Shown here: positions 36,935 through 46,809 of the stretch, piece by piece | How the letters are laid out: each line of letters starts with the position of its first letter | How positions within the stretch are numbered: position 1 is the first letter of the stretch | DNA from: Nitrosopumilus sp. | GTDB taxonomy: Archaea; Thermoproteota; Nitrososphaeria; Nitrososphaerales; Nitrosopumilaceae | NCBI GenBank assembly: GCA_965218785.1 | Contig: OZ244650.1 | Location: 1,856,001-1,920,000, forward strand | Direction: 5' to 3' | Length of the DNA stretch: 64,000 nt | Position numbers and translations under genes: made by a program | Notes under the pieces: model-generated | Told to the model about the DNA's origin: nothing | The model's input: only the letters and a program-made list of their open reading frames with translations | Databases searched by the model: none

Positions 36935-37492
36935 CTATCTGAAAAACTCAAAGTGAAGGATATTTTCCTGACCGCTAGTCATGGAACTTAGATTGTAAAA
37001 TACGTCACCAGAGACACTCCAGGATGCGGTATTGTCTGTAAGATCGTCCCATAATTGGGGAGTATTTCCAGAGTTTTTCAGTGAAATGACGTCCTTTAGT
37101 ACGATGGAATTATTACCAAGCAGGGTAAAGTAGTTTGAACCAAATTCCACCATTCCCGTAGGCCTGCTTCCAATCTGACCGCCTGAGATTTGCTCGGATT
37201 TGGAATAATTTGTCTCAAACAACTGATAATCCATTGTTTGGACGATTACTGCACCGGGATTGGGATTGCTGATCTTAAATGCAATGTTAATCGTGGCTGC
37301 CCGTTCTGAAATTCTTGCAACCAAGATATCATCCAATTCAACTTTGAGGGGTTTGGCCTTGATGATGCCTGGAGCATCAGAGGATTCGTATTGTGATGGT
37401 ATGATTACCGAGGGACCAGTTAGAAGAATTCCACCCAATATGGCCACAAGTGCAACAGTTGCGATACCAATGAAGATTTTAGGATTCAACAT
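36935..37492 (-). CDS. Membrane-anchored LEA type-2/WHy-like domain protein
   Basis: N-terminal TM; FKISNPN...MDYQL motif. Confidence 0.7.
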   Translation of the reverse strand: MLNPKIFIGIATVALVAILGGILLTGPSVIIPSQYESSDAPGIIKAKPLKVELDDILVARISERAATINIAFKISNPNPGAVIVQTMDYQLFETNYSKSEQISGGQIGSRPTGMVEFGSNYFTLLGNNSIVLKDVISLKNSGNTPQLWDDLTDNTASWSVSGDVFYNLSSMTSGQENILHFEFFR

Positions 37493-37559
37493 ATTTGTTC
37501 AATCATTAGATGTCTTAAATGTTGAGATAGTTATTATATCATCAGAGATAGAAAAGATC

Positions 37560-37916
37560 ATGCAATATTTTCAGGCAGTACAAGAAGGAAAACGAAGGGC
37601 AGGCAAATCACAGATGAAGATGTTTGAAGCGGCCGGATTTGGAATGCTGACTTTGACTACCAAAAAAGTCGATGGGGAATTTCAACCAATCGGAGAGGAG
37701 GAATTTACTGCTGTAATAAATTCTCCTGACGGACATGTGGTGATAATTACTGATAAGGACGGATTTACAAAAGCCCAGTCAAAGGCAGTAAAAAAAGAAG
37801 ATGCAATGTCAATTTTTAAAAAACTCAGAGAGTCAGGAATTGCCGAATATTCAGGAAAAGAGATTCAGATTTGGTCTGAGACAAGACCCACAATTCAGGA
37901 TAAAATTTCCGAGTAG
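37560..37916 (+). CDS. Conserved hypothetical protein
   Basis: Start MQYFQAVQEG after a TATA-like ttattata; the 5' part of the ORF-track call is antisense shadow. Confidence 0.75.
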   Translation: MQYFQAVQEGKRRAGKSQMKMFEAAGFGMLTLTTKKVDGEFQPIGEEEFTAVINSPDGHVVIITDKDGFTKAQSKAVKKEDAMSIFKKLRESGIAEYSGKEIQIWSETRPTIQDKISE

Positions 37917-38597
37917 TTACTTTGGAAGAATGATTTCAGTACCTACATTGCCGCCTCTAATGGCCTTTTCAATGATTTTTGGAGTGGCCTTTAAAATTCT
38001 GGTTTTGATTTTAGAGCGTTCAATGATTTTCAGAGCAACAATGTCCATCAAGTCATATCCTCCTGCAACAGAATCCTCATGAACCAGCATGTTTTTCAGG
38101 TTTTTTAATTCGATTCGTTTGAATTTTTTTGCGTTTTTGAATTTGTTAGGATCCATGTCATAAACCCCGTCAACATCAGTGGCGTTAAGAAACTGTTCGG
38201 CTTGCACCTTTTCGGCAATCAATGCAGCTGTACCATTCGTACTTTGACCAGGATGCAGGCCCCCGGTTACGACGATTAATCCATCATCTACTGCATGTCT
38301 GACCTCTTGTAAGGTGGATGGTGGATGTGAGTATGCCCTGTTCTTCAAGGCATAGATCAATAATTTTGCGTTGAGTCTGGAGATTTCAATTCCAAGTTCG
38401 TCAAGTGTGGACTCGTCTGCACCAGAAGATCTCGCATGGGAGATGTAATGCCGCGCAATAGTGCCGCCTCCGGCAACAACAATTGGCTGGCAAATTTTGC
38501 TGATTTTTACTAGGAATTGGGCATAATCCTTGAGAGATTTCACATTATCAGTACCAAAAATTCTTCCAGATAATTTGATGACAATTCGTTTTTTCAT
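37917..38597 (-). CDS. pyrH: Uridylate kinase
   Basis: [27 protein letters not shown]. Confidence 0.95.
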   Translation of the reverse strand: MKKRIVIKLSGRIFGTDNVKSLKDYAQFLVKISKICQPIVVAGGGTIARHYISHARSSGADESTLDELGIEISRLNAKLLIYALKNRAYSHPPSTLQEVRHAVDDGLIVVTGGLHPGQSTNGTAALIAEKVQAEQFLNATDVDGVYDMDPNKFKNAKKFKRIELKNLKNMLVHEDSVAGGYDLMDIVALKIIERSKIKTRILKATPKIIEKAIRGGNVGTEIILPK

Positions 38598-39829
38598 TTT
38601 AGATTACCAATAACTGATTTTACGGCAATTTCAACTTTTTTTCTGTTCTTTTGATGGGTATAAACCCTAAGAATATTCATGAATCCAGAGATTGCAGAGA
38701 CTAGGGGTATTTCAGATATTGGCATCTTGCGTGCCGAGGATCGTCCATTATCATGTGTAATCAAAATTATTGATTTTGATTCATTTTTGGAGGGTGTAAG
38801 GGAGATGGAGGATGTAACAGAACTGTCAACGAAAATTTCATTTTCATCGACTCTGGATTTTTTAGAAATGGCAGTTCTGAGTTCTTCAGTGCGGGTTTTT
38901 TTCAGATTGGTCCTGCCAGTCAGGATTCGCTCATATACGCATTTTAGCAGTCTTCTGTTCTGATAATCCAGGACAAATTCTCTGGCACGTTTTAGTTTCG
39001 GGGATGTAGATGAGGAGAGCCTTGATAAAATGGATTCATCAGTGAGTTTTACAAATTCGTCGATATTAAAAGTGGTAAAACCAAATTCATCATCAGAGAG
39101 TCTTAATGCCTCAAGCAACATGACTTCTGCTGCCCTTACAGTTTTGTGGAAATATACTGCCTTGAACATCTGGTATCTGGAATGCATCATGGATTCAAAA
39201 GAGTACAGTGCAGAGCGCTCCAAGGCTAATCGTTTCTGATGTACGTCAAATGATTGCGTGATTCTTTTGTGGTCGATTTTTGCATGTTCTGCTCCCGTGA
39301 AATACCCGTCTCGAAGCAGATAATCCATCATATCCGCACTCAGCGCACCGGATATTATCTCATTCATGTATGGTAGTTTGGAATCCCCAAAGGCGATTTT
39401 TGTAACGAATTTTTTATCAAAACCGTTTTTTGACAGGCTGTCACCAATTTCAGATTTTAAAACAAGTTCCCGGCCAAAATCCTCATGTGAAATTTTTTTT
39501 CCGCGTATTATTTCCTCAAAAAGATGTGAGAATGGTCCGTGACCGATATCATGCAGGAGACCGGCCAATCTGAGAATTTCAATCTCGTCTGATTTGATGA
39601 TGCCTTTTTCATTTAATGCATGGCCTGCAAGACTGGCAATATGCATGACCCCCAACGAATGCTCAAATCTTGTGTGCTGAGCCGCAGGATATGTCAGATG
39701 GGCGCCGGAGAGTTGTCGGATCCTCCTTAATCTTTGAAAGATGGGACTGTCAATTATTGATAATTCATGTCTGTAGACCCGGATAAAATCATGAATTGGA
39801 TCAATTATATCTAGATAATTTTTTTTCAT
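38594..39829 (-). CDS. HD-domain phosphohydrolase (SAMHD1/YwfO-like dNTPase)
   Basis: [36 protein letters not shown]. Confidence 0.92.
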   Translation of the reverse strand: MKKNYLDIIDPIHDFIRVYRHELSIIDSPIFQRLRRIRQLSGAHLTYPAAQHTRFEHSLGVMHIASLAGHALNEKGIIKSDEIEILRLAGLLHDIGHGPFSHLFEEIIRGKKISHEDFGRELVLKSEIGDSLSKNGFDKKFVTKIAFGDSKLPYMNEIISGALSADMMDYLLRDGYFTGAEHAKIDHKRITQSFDVHQKRLALERSALYSFESMMHSRYQMFKAVYFHKTVRAAEVMLLEALRLSDDEFGFTTFNIDEFVKLTDESILSRLSSSTSPKLKRAREFVLDYQNRRLLKCVYERILTGRTNLKKTRTEELRTAISKKSRVDENEIFVDSSVTSSISLTPSKNESKSIILITHDNGRSSARKMPISEIPLVSAISGFMNILRVYTHQKNRKKVEIAVKSVIGNLK

Positions 39830-40407
39830 ATCCCTATCTTCTTTGAGAATGTTTTTAAAATTTCTTCGTGTATCTCCTGTTTGGATTTTGAGGCATCAAT
39901 TATCTTCCAATGTTTTTTTGTGGCAGTTCTTTTGTATAATTTGGAGATGTTTCTTAAAAATTCCTTATTTTTTTCAAATTTGTCCCTGTGGGTTTTCTGC
40001 CTGCGGAATGATTCCTTTTGTGTGACATCAAGCAGGATTACAAGATCGGCCTTTGGCAGACCGACATCAAGATTTTCAAGCCATTTTTGATTCATGCCGT
40101 TTGCCAGACCGTAAACAAGATTAGAGTGATAGTAACGGTTCATGATAAGAACAGAGTTTTTCTCCTGTGCAGATAAAATTTCATCACGTTTTTCCCATCT
40201 ATTTGCCGCCAAAAGACAGTGAATTACCTGTGGGGGAAATTTTCTTTTGCCGTCCAGATACTGCCTAATCTCTTTTCCTACGGGAGTTTTGTAATCAGGA
40301 AAATGGAATGATTTTGTCTTTATCTTTCTTTTTTTGAGCGCCTTTTCCAGTAGCGTTGACTGCGTCAACTTGCCTGCCTGATCTCCGCCCTCTATTACGA
40401 TTATCAT
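39826..40407 (-). CDS. tmk: Thymidylate kinase
   Basis: IEGGDQAGKLTQ, NRYYHS. Confidence 0.93.
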   Translation of the reverse strand: MIIVIEGGDQAGKLTQSTLLEKALKKRKIKTKSFHFPDYKTPVGKEIRQYLDGKRKFPPQVIHCLLAANRWEKRDEILSAQEKNSVLIMNRYYHSNLVYGLANGMNQKWLENLDVGLPKADLVILLDVTQKESFRRQKTHRDKFEKNKEFLRNISKLYKRTATKKHWKIIDASKSKQEIHEEILKTFSKKIGI

Positions 40408-40716
40408 GTCATAAAAACAGAGGGAGTAATTGATTAAAAATCTATCAAGTTGGGCTTTGCTATGTTGGTATCATCAAATAATGGATAAATTGGATAATTA
40501 TGCGAATTTGCCGCCCGATCTAAAAGCAGGGAATCCCCCAGCCAATCCATGTGGCGTGTTTTACCGCATGCTGCCAGATCCGCCGTGAGGTGAGGGTCGT
40601 GTCAAGACACAATCAGAATTTCTGTACAAATCGAAAATCACAAAAACAACTCCAATGACGTAAACACGCATCTAAATCCACCAAGGTTTATAACCAAAAA
40701 TTGAGTAAATAACAAA

Positions 40717-41097
40717 ATGGGACTAGTCAAGGATGTAATCAAGGAGATTGGAAACAAATCAAGAGAGTTCTACGAGTTTGTCCTGCCGCCAATTGACATG
40801 TACCTAAATGACGATGAGCTCAGGGTCGTAATTGATATCCCCGGATTTATCAAAAAAGATATCGAGCTTGCCTTATGTGGAGACATCCTTTCAATCAAGG
40901 CCCAAAAAACAGTACCTGAAAAAGAATCAGAATCGTTAATTTCAAATCAGAGACCCAACGTAATTGATAAAAAAATCAGGCTTCCCATCGATGTAAAACA
41001 GGGGGAGGAGAAAATAAAATCTGCAAAGTATGAAGACGGTATTCTTACATTAATTATTCCTGTAACAAAAAAAGGAAAGAATATCGCAATAGAATGA
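40717..41097 (+). CDS. Small heat-shock protein (Hsp20/alpha-crystallin)
   Basis: PPIDMY, DIPG, AKYEDGILTLIIP. Confidence 0.92.
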   Translation: MGLVKDVIKEIGNKSREFYEFVLPPIDMYLNDDELRVVIDIPGFIKKDIELALCGDILSIKAQKTVPEKESESLISNQRPNVIDKKIRLPIDVKQGEEKIKSAKYEDGILTLIIPVTKKGKNIAIE

Positions 41098-41098
41098 T

Positions 41099-42643
41099 CT
41101 AATACTTTCTAAAGAGTCCAGAAGATATCATTATCAAACCAGACGCGATTATTCCACCCAGACCAAGAGACTCGTTTGACTGATACAAAAATACCGAACC
41201 AAGAAAAACCGCAGAGGCAAAGATACTTCCGCCAACTAAAATCATGGGCCTTCTTTTTTTCATTAGTATCTTGGTTTCATCCATAAATTTTTCCATCTCC
41301 GGTGCCAGTCGAAATACAGAATCAATTGATTTTGAAAAATTTTCAAATGAGATTTTCAATTCTTCGACGTATGCTTGTGGAATAAGATTTTCTTCCTGTA
41401 AAATATTTTTTAAAACCTTGACAAATTTAAAATCCACATTGTGTGTCTTGTAGATTCCCTCGATTATTGATGCCATTCTCATGTACAAAGCCAGGTTCTT
41501 TGGCAATACAAATGGGAACTTGCTCATCGTCTGATTTGCAAGCTCCATCAGACTTTGCACTTCCATTTCATCTGGTCTGTTTCCATGCATGGCACGAATC
41601 GAGAGTTCAATTCCCTTTTCAATTACCGTTCTGTTGTAGCCAGGAGTAAGCATTCCCAGATCACTCATGGCATTAACTACCCTGGGAGGGTTTTTTTCAA
41701 CTAGTGCAAGATACAGCCGAATCAGCTTGTATCTTGTCTCATTATTTATGCGTCCGACCATTCCATAGTCGTATAAAATGAGTTTTCCATCATCAGTTAT
41801 TGAGATATTTCCGGGATGGGGATCTGCATGAAAAACCGAGTACTTTAGCAGCATGGTAAAAAATACCTTGTGCACATCAATGACTAGTTGTTCCCTATCA
41901 ATTCCCTTCTCATCAAGTGCCCTCACATTTGTGACTTTGATGCCCGGAAGGTATTCCATTGTAAGGACGTTTTTTGAGGAAAAATCATCAAAAACCGAAG
42001 GTATGATTACCTTCTTGACTCTGGCCATATCTTTTTTTATTTTTTTGAGATTTGTGGATTCGATGGAATAATCCATTTCCTCGTAGATGGTTTCAACAAA
42101 TTGGGAGAGCATGGCTTTTGCCGAATAGCGTAAATTTGGATCAACGAATCTCAATGCCAGCGGAAGGAGTTTTTTCAGAACTTTGATATCTTCTGCTACA
42201 ATTTTTTCAATGCCGGGTCTTTTTACTTTGATGACAATCTGCTGGCCGGAAATGGATCCGCGATAAACCTGTCCTAGTGAAGCGCCGGAAATTGAATTGG
42301 TGTCTATTTCATCAAATTTTTCATCAATTGGTCCAAGATCGTTTTCAATTATGGGTCTTACCTGATCAAAGGGAGCCGCAGGTACACTGTCTTGTAGCTT
42401 TGATAGTTCCTCCAAATATGGCTGGGGCAGGATGTCTGCCCGGGATGAAAGCCACTGGCCTAATTTTATGTAGACGGGACCTAGTGAAATAAACGTGTCA
42501 AGTACCTTTCTGGCGTTTTTTCGAAATTGTTCTGAATCAATCTCGCTTTTCTCCTGATGAATCCATGTTTTTCTGTCTTTACGTAATGCAAAAATTGACG
42601 GCAGCAGTTTAACAAGTACTTGGAAGGTTCTAGATACGGACAT
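41099..42643 (-). CDS. ABC1/UbiB/AarF atypical kinase
   Basis: LGPVYIKLGQ, ASLGQVY, HADPHPGN, DYGMVG. Confidence 0.93.
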   Translation of the reverse strand: MSVSRTFQVLVKLLPSIFALRKDRKTWIHQEKSEIDSEQFRKNARKVLDTFISLGPVYIKLGQWLSSRADILPQPYLEELSKLQDSVPAAPFDQVRPIIENDLGPIDEKFDEIDTNSISGASLGQVYRGSISGQQIVIKVKRPGIEKIVAEDIKVLKKLLPLALRFVDPNLRYSAKAMLSQFVETIYEEMDYSIESTNLKKIKKDMARVKKVIIPSVFDDFSSKNVLTMEYLPGIKVTNVRALDEKGIDREQLVIDVHKVFFTMLLKYSVFHADPHPGNISITDDGKLILYDYGMVGRINNETRYKLIRLYLALVEKNPPRVVNAMSDLGMLTPGYNRTVIEKGIELSIRAMHGNRPDEMEVQSLMELANQTMSKFPFVLPKNLALYMRMASIIEGIYKTHNVDFKFVKVLKNILQEENLIPQAYVEELKISFENFSKSIDSVFRLAPEMEKFMDETKILMKKRRPMILVGGSIFASAVFLGSVFLYQSNESLGLGGIIASGLIMISSGLFRKY

Positions 42644-42647
42644 GATA

Positions 42648-43025
42648 TCATCCTAGATAGCTTTTGATTTTTTTAGTTGCGAGATATCCCACATACCCGT
42701 AGATCACCGATGAGATAATGCCGGAAGTTAGCGGTAATTTTTTTGTATTGACAATTTTTTTAACAGCCTGTGAACTGCCAAAAATCGCACATGCCAGACC
42801 GATTAAAACCTCGGGTGCATCATGAATCAGATGTCCGATGGGATCTTTTCTTGGATCAATTTTATCTGTATGAATTAAAAATTTATCATCATATTCTCTA
42901 ATGTGTAGATTACCATAGCGATACTGTCTGAATGCCCCGTTTTTTTGTCCAAGGAAGGTCTCCTCTGCATCTTCTAGCATGAATTCTCTTAATTCCTTTG
43001 GGACCATGATCTCATCTCCGGGCAT
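42648..43025 (-). CDS. Conserved hypothetical membrane-associated protein
   Basis: QYRYGNLHIREYDD..LIHTDKIDP..DPIGHL followed by a hydrophobic C-terminus. Confidence 0.75.
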   Translation of the reverse strand: MPGDEIMVPKELREFMLEDAEETFLGQKNGAFRQYRYGNLHIREYDDKFLIHTDKIDPRKDPIGHLIHDAPEVLIGLACAIFGSSQAVKKIVNTKKLPLTSGIISSVIYGYVGYLATKKIKSYLG

Positions 43026-43147
43026 AATCGCAAGATCCTGTGATTGCTTATAATCTTACGGTCTGCAGATGCCGCATGTCTTTGGGTGTTGAAAAACATC
43101 CGAGTTCCAGTTGACCTCACGGGTTTTTGATTCTCATTATATAATGA

Positions 43148-43342
43148 CTAGGATGATCCCAGCCGGTCTTTTGTAAATACGATAAAACTGATGGAAAAAG
43201 CTGCCAGCATTGCAATCCCCGGAATATATGCATAATTAAATCCGATTCCGGAATGATCCACCTGGTGGTTATAGTTGATTAGAAATGTTACAGCCAGCAG
43301 GATCACGCCAATAATTGTCAGCTTTCTATGTATCTCCAACAA
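43148..43342 (-). CDS. Small two-TM membrane protein
   Basis: Two hydrophobic segments around an HQVDH loop. Confidence 0.65.
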   Translation of the reverse strand: MLEIHRKLTIIGVILLAVTFLINYNHQVDHSGIGFNYAYIPGIAMLAAFSISFIVFTKDRLGSS

Positions 43343-43440
43343 ACATGATACGGCAGATATCTATATGAATTTAGAAACAACTGTAGGCCAGATTGTGTGT
43401 GTATCCCTCTCTCTCTTCTGCTTTAGATTTTAAATTTAAT

Positions 43441-44751
43441 CTAGTTTGCCTCTATTGCAGTTTTTTTACGCCTGCGCATTATGTAGACCCCGACAGCTGC
43501 TGCTAGTACAACTGGTATGACTAGCAACATCGGATCAGAATTGCCCTCATCATCATCATTTGATGGCTCGTTGAGAAGGATGGTCGTATCATGGGTCAGA
43601 AAGATCTCATCCCGAATGCTGTCTTTGTATCTTACAGTGATGGTAATATCATGCTCACCGTAACTTGGATCACCATCAAATTCAATGGGAACGTTAAATG
43701 GTACCGGCGCATCCACTTCAATTTCATCAATAAACTGGGTGTTTGATTTTATATTGGAATTTTCACGTGGTGCAACGGATACAAAACCAAACAATCCGTC
43801 CTCGTTTCCCTCATTAATTATTTCCCCAATTATCATTTGCATGCCGGAGAGTTCAATCACATCAACGTTGAAAACACGAAGATCAATGAGTCCTTTGACG
43901 TAAAAGTCCACAATCTTTGAAACCTCGTATAGATCACCGTGTGCATTATAATATGAAATGGATAAAGGAAGTCTCAGAGTATCCCCCTTTAATGATTCAG
44001 GTACGTATATTGTCGCGGCAATCTCTCTTGTAGATTTGGGATCAAGATGACCTACATTCCAGTTGGATTCCAAGATAACGACGTTCTCCAAATTCGTAGT
44101 AGATGAGGATGTAGATGCAAGCTCAGTTTGGGTGTTGCTGGCAACAATATCCACGCCGGAGATCGGAGCGGTGCCATCATTGGCAATTTTAATTAACACG
44201 TCATTGGACCTTAGAGATGTAAGAAACGGTTCAAGTGCCATTACATTGATAATGCTGTCGCCTGTCACTTTGAAATCAAAGTTGGCAAAGGTTGTTCTAA
44301 CTCCGGATTCCCTAAATCTGGAATAATCAACTTTGACGGTTCCAGGATACAGCTGAATTTGGACATTGTTATCTAGATTGACAAAAAATGTCAGGTGAAA
44401 ATTCTCCCCTGCCAGGGAATTAGAGTCACTGTCAGAATAAATTATCGAGTCCGGACCATCAGATGCAGAAAATCCAAATGGCAGCGATAACTGACCCCTG
44501 ATTCCGGTAATGTCCTGTGTTCCAACATTTGCAAGGACTACGGTAAATGGGACGTTGCTGTCTCCTGCGTCGACTTCGATTTTTTCATCTAATGTACCAA
44601 AGTACGCATCCAAAAATTTGACATCAGCATAGTCACGCTCAAAGGGGGAGTTGCCAAAACCTCCAGAGACAATCTGTGCATGGGAATCATCAAATGCAGC
44701 TGGACCAAGTCCGATGACAAACAACGGCACCAGGAATTTGAGATTCATCAT
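43441..44751 (-). CDS. COG1361-type S-layer-like/CARDB multi-Ig surface protein
   Basis: Signal peptide, repeated NxG Ig modules, C-terminal TM plus RRRKK; in an operon with a MacB/LolCDE-type ABC transporter. Confidence 0.8.
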   Translation of the reverse strand: MMNLKFLVPLFVIGLGPAAFDDSHAQIVSGGFGNSPFERDYADVKFLDAYFGTLDEKIEVDAGDSNVPFTVVLANVGTQDITGIRGQLSLPFGFSASDGPDSIIYSDSDSNSLAGENFHLTFFVNLDNNVQIQLYPGTVKVDYSRFRESGVRTTFANFDFKVTGDSIINVMALEPFLTSLRSNDVLIKIANDGTAPISGVDIVASNTQTELASTSSSTTNLENVVILESNWNVGHLDPKSTREIAATIYVPESLKGDTLRLPLSISYYNAHGDLYEVSKIVDFYVKGLIDLRVFNVDVIELSGMQMIIGEIINEGNEDGLFGFVSVAPRENSNIKSNTQFIDEIEVDAPVPFNVPIEFDGDPSYGEHDITITVRYKDSIRDEIFLTHDTTILLNEPSNDDDEGNSDPMLLVIPVVLAAAVGVYIMRRRKKTAIEAN

Positions 44752-45452
44752 GCCAGGACCCCCACTTTTGCTGGCAGATCGCCTTCAAATGCCTTGCCGT
44801 CTTTTATCGTAATCACCCTGTCTACATCGCCAAAGTGTTCTCTTTCATGTGTAACTATGATAAACGTCTGATGAAGTTTTTTTGCCATGTTTTTCATCAG
44901 TTGGACTATTATATCTGAAGTCACCGAATCAAGATTTCCGGTGGGCTCGTCGGCCAGAACAATAGAGGGGCTGTTGATTAATCCTCTTGCAATTGCAGCC
45001 CGCTGAGCCTGTCCGCCTGAAATCTTGTTTGCCCGTTTATACATCTGATCTTCTAGTCCGACTGCCTTTAGCAGATCTCTGGCATCCTTCTGGGCAGAGT
45101 CATTAGTTGATGCAATCTGTCTGGGCAACAACACATTCTCTAAAACCGAAAGATCACTGAGTAAATTGGAAAATTGAAAGATGAATCCCAGTTTTTTATT
45201 TCTAAATGAAGAAATTTTATTGTCATCAAGCGTTGTAGTGTCGACTCCATCAATGAGGATCTTTCCATGTGTGGGACGATCCAGCAGCCCGATCATGTTA
45301 AGCAGTGTGGATTTGCCAGAACCGGAACTTCCGACAATTAGGACGACCTGGCCCTGCTCGATTGAAAATGTGGCATCATCAAGGGCCATAACCTTGTTTT
45401 CTCCCCTGCCGTAAATCTTGGTCAGATTACTAATCTCAAGTACTTTAGACAG
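44748..45452 (-). CDS. LolD/MacB-type ABC ATPase (probable CTG start at 45452)
   Basis: GSSGSGKST, ISGGQAQR, ADEPTGNLD; the in-frame SKVLEISNLTKIYG strand lies upstream of the first ATG. Confidence 0.9.
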   Translation of the reverse strand: MSKVLEISNLTKIYGRGENKVMALDDATFSIEQGQVVLIVGSSGSGKSTLLNMIGLLDRPTHGKILIDGVDTTTLDDNKISSFRNKKLGFIFQFSNLLSDLSVLENVLLPRQIASTNDSAQKDARDLLKAVGLEDQMYKRANKISGGQAQRAAIARGLINSPSIVLADEPTGNLDSVTSDIIVQLMKNMAKKLHQTFIIVTHEREHFGDVDRVITIKDGKAFEGDLPAKVGVLA

Positions 45453-46632
45453 TTCTCATCGCCTCCACAGGTAATAGCTTAGTCGCCCTATAGGACGGGT
45501 ATAATGACGCAATAATTGCCAGTGTAAACGAGATAAGGGCTGTTTGGATGATCTTCTCCCAGTTGTAGCTGACTTCGAGAGGTAGGCTGTTGTTAAATGA
45601 CATCTTTGTCTCCTTTGCATAAAACGTATAGCCCAGCCCTGCCGCGGTTCCCACTCCTGCCCCGATTGCACCAATTATCATTCCTTGGAAGATGAAAATT
45701 ATCAGGATGTCCTTTCTCCTGGCTCCAATTGCCCTCATGACGCCGATCTCTCTGGTTTTTCCATTGACTAACATCATCTGTATCGTAACAATGGCAAAGG
45801 CCGACGACATCATTCCAAAGTAGCCTATCATGTTGATCATTGCAATGCCGGATCTAAAACCGGCAAGCTGCTCCTCAGCTGATTCCTCTATGGTTTCTGC
45901 AAGAAAATCATCGTTTGGAAATGACTGTAAGAAGAATTCCTTTACCTCAAGTGCCTTTGTGGGATCGTTTAACTTTACCATAAATGACTCCGTATCACCT
46001 GGTCGTTTCAACATGTCACGAAGTGTATCAATGTGGATAACAGCAGAATAGTCAAACCCCTGACCGCCTGGAGATGTCGCAATTCCAGAGATGGTAAACC
46101 GTCTTATCTCGTCTTTGCCATTTCTATCAACTACGAGAACTTTGACACTCTCACCGACCTGTGCTCCTCCAAGATCCCCTGCCACATTGGATCCCAAGAC
46201 AATGGAATTTCTTGAGAAGACATAGCTGCCTTCTGAAACGGTTTCATGGACGGTAGATGCCCTAATATCATGGAGTGGATCAACGCCGACTAGCGGAACT
46301 CTGGTCTGTTCAATTATCCTGCCGTTTTTTGTCATGTTCATTTCAGCCGTCGACGAAAGCCGCGGCGTAGCCGCTTCGACAAACGGGATTCTTTCAAACC
46401 AGTTTATTAGCGTCATGTCTGATTTGTCGATATAGTCTGCATCATCAGTTACAAGAATGTCGCCGTTTCTGTAATCACTGATGTCTCTGACTATGGCATC
46501 AAAAAGTCCCTGAAATATTACAAAATTTACGTGAATAACTAGAATTCCGATCGTTACAGCTAGAACCGCACCAATCAAGCTGCCTTTTTTGTTAAAGAGC
46601 ATTCTTTTTGCCAGCCGCAGCCGATATTCCAT
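45445..46632 (-). CDS. LolE/MacB (FtsX-like) ABC permease
   Basis: KTREIGVMRAIGA, ASLYPSYRATKLLPVEAMR. Confidence 0.92.
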   Translation of the reverse strand: MEYRLRLAKRMLFNKKGSLIGAVLAVTIGILVIHVNFVIFQGLFDAIVRDISDYRNGDILVTDDADYIDKSDMTLINWFERIPFVEAATPRLSSTAEMNMTKNGRIIEQTRVPLVGVDPLHDIRASTVHETVSEGSYVFSRNSIVLGSNVAGDLGGAQVGESVKVLVVDRNGKDEIRRFTISGIATSPGGQGFDYSAVIHIDTLRDMLKRPGDTESFMVKLNDPTKALEVKEFFLQSFPNDDFLAETIEESAEEQLAGFRSGIAMINMIGYFGMMSSAFAIVTIQMMLVNGKTREIGVMRAIGARRKDILIIFIFQGMIIGAIGAGVGTAAGLGYTFYAKETKMSFNNSLPLEVSYNWEKIIQTALISFTLAIIASLYPSYRATKLLPVEAMRTV

Positions 46633-46688
46633 GAATTCATTAAATTAGTCTAATATTTAATATATATGGTACATAGTGCTAGTATTCC

Positions 46689-46775
46689 AGACAATTTTAT
46701 ATCATATTAGTTGTTTATGTGTTCTAAAAACGACTAATAGATGGTAAAATAGACAATTTTATATCATATTAGTTG
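46689..46775. repeat. Perfect 25-bp direct repeat (46689-46713 and 46751-46775) containing a TATA-like box
   Basis: agacaattttatatcatattagttg occurs twice, 62 bp apart. Confidence 0.9.
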
Positions 46776-46809
46776 CTTGTACATTCAAGGAGTACAATCA
46801 GATCATAAA

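Noticed and set aside
37260-37559. 5' half of the 218-aa ORF
   Set aside because: Antisense to the LEA-like gene; the real start is ATG 37560.
38594-39829. SAMHD1-like dNTPase as an antiviral defence gene
   Set aside because: It is embedded in the tmk-HD-pyrH operon with overlapping stop/start codons, so housekeeping nucleotide metabolism is the simpler reading.
40520-40600. Cobalamin riboswitch (AGGGAA motif)
   Set aside because: The other conserved elements (GCCACTG, B12 box) are absent and no B12 gene lies downstream.
46689-46775. Mini-CRISPR (25-bp repeat, 37-bp spacer)
   Set aside because: Only two copies; AT-rich with TATA content; no typical repeat end or leader; located in a divergent promoter.
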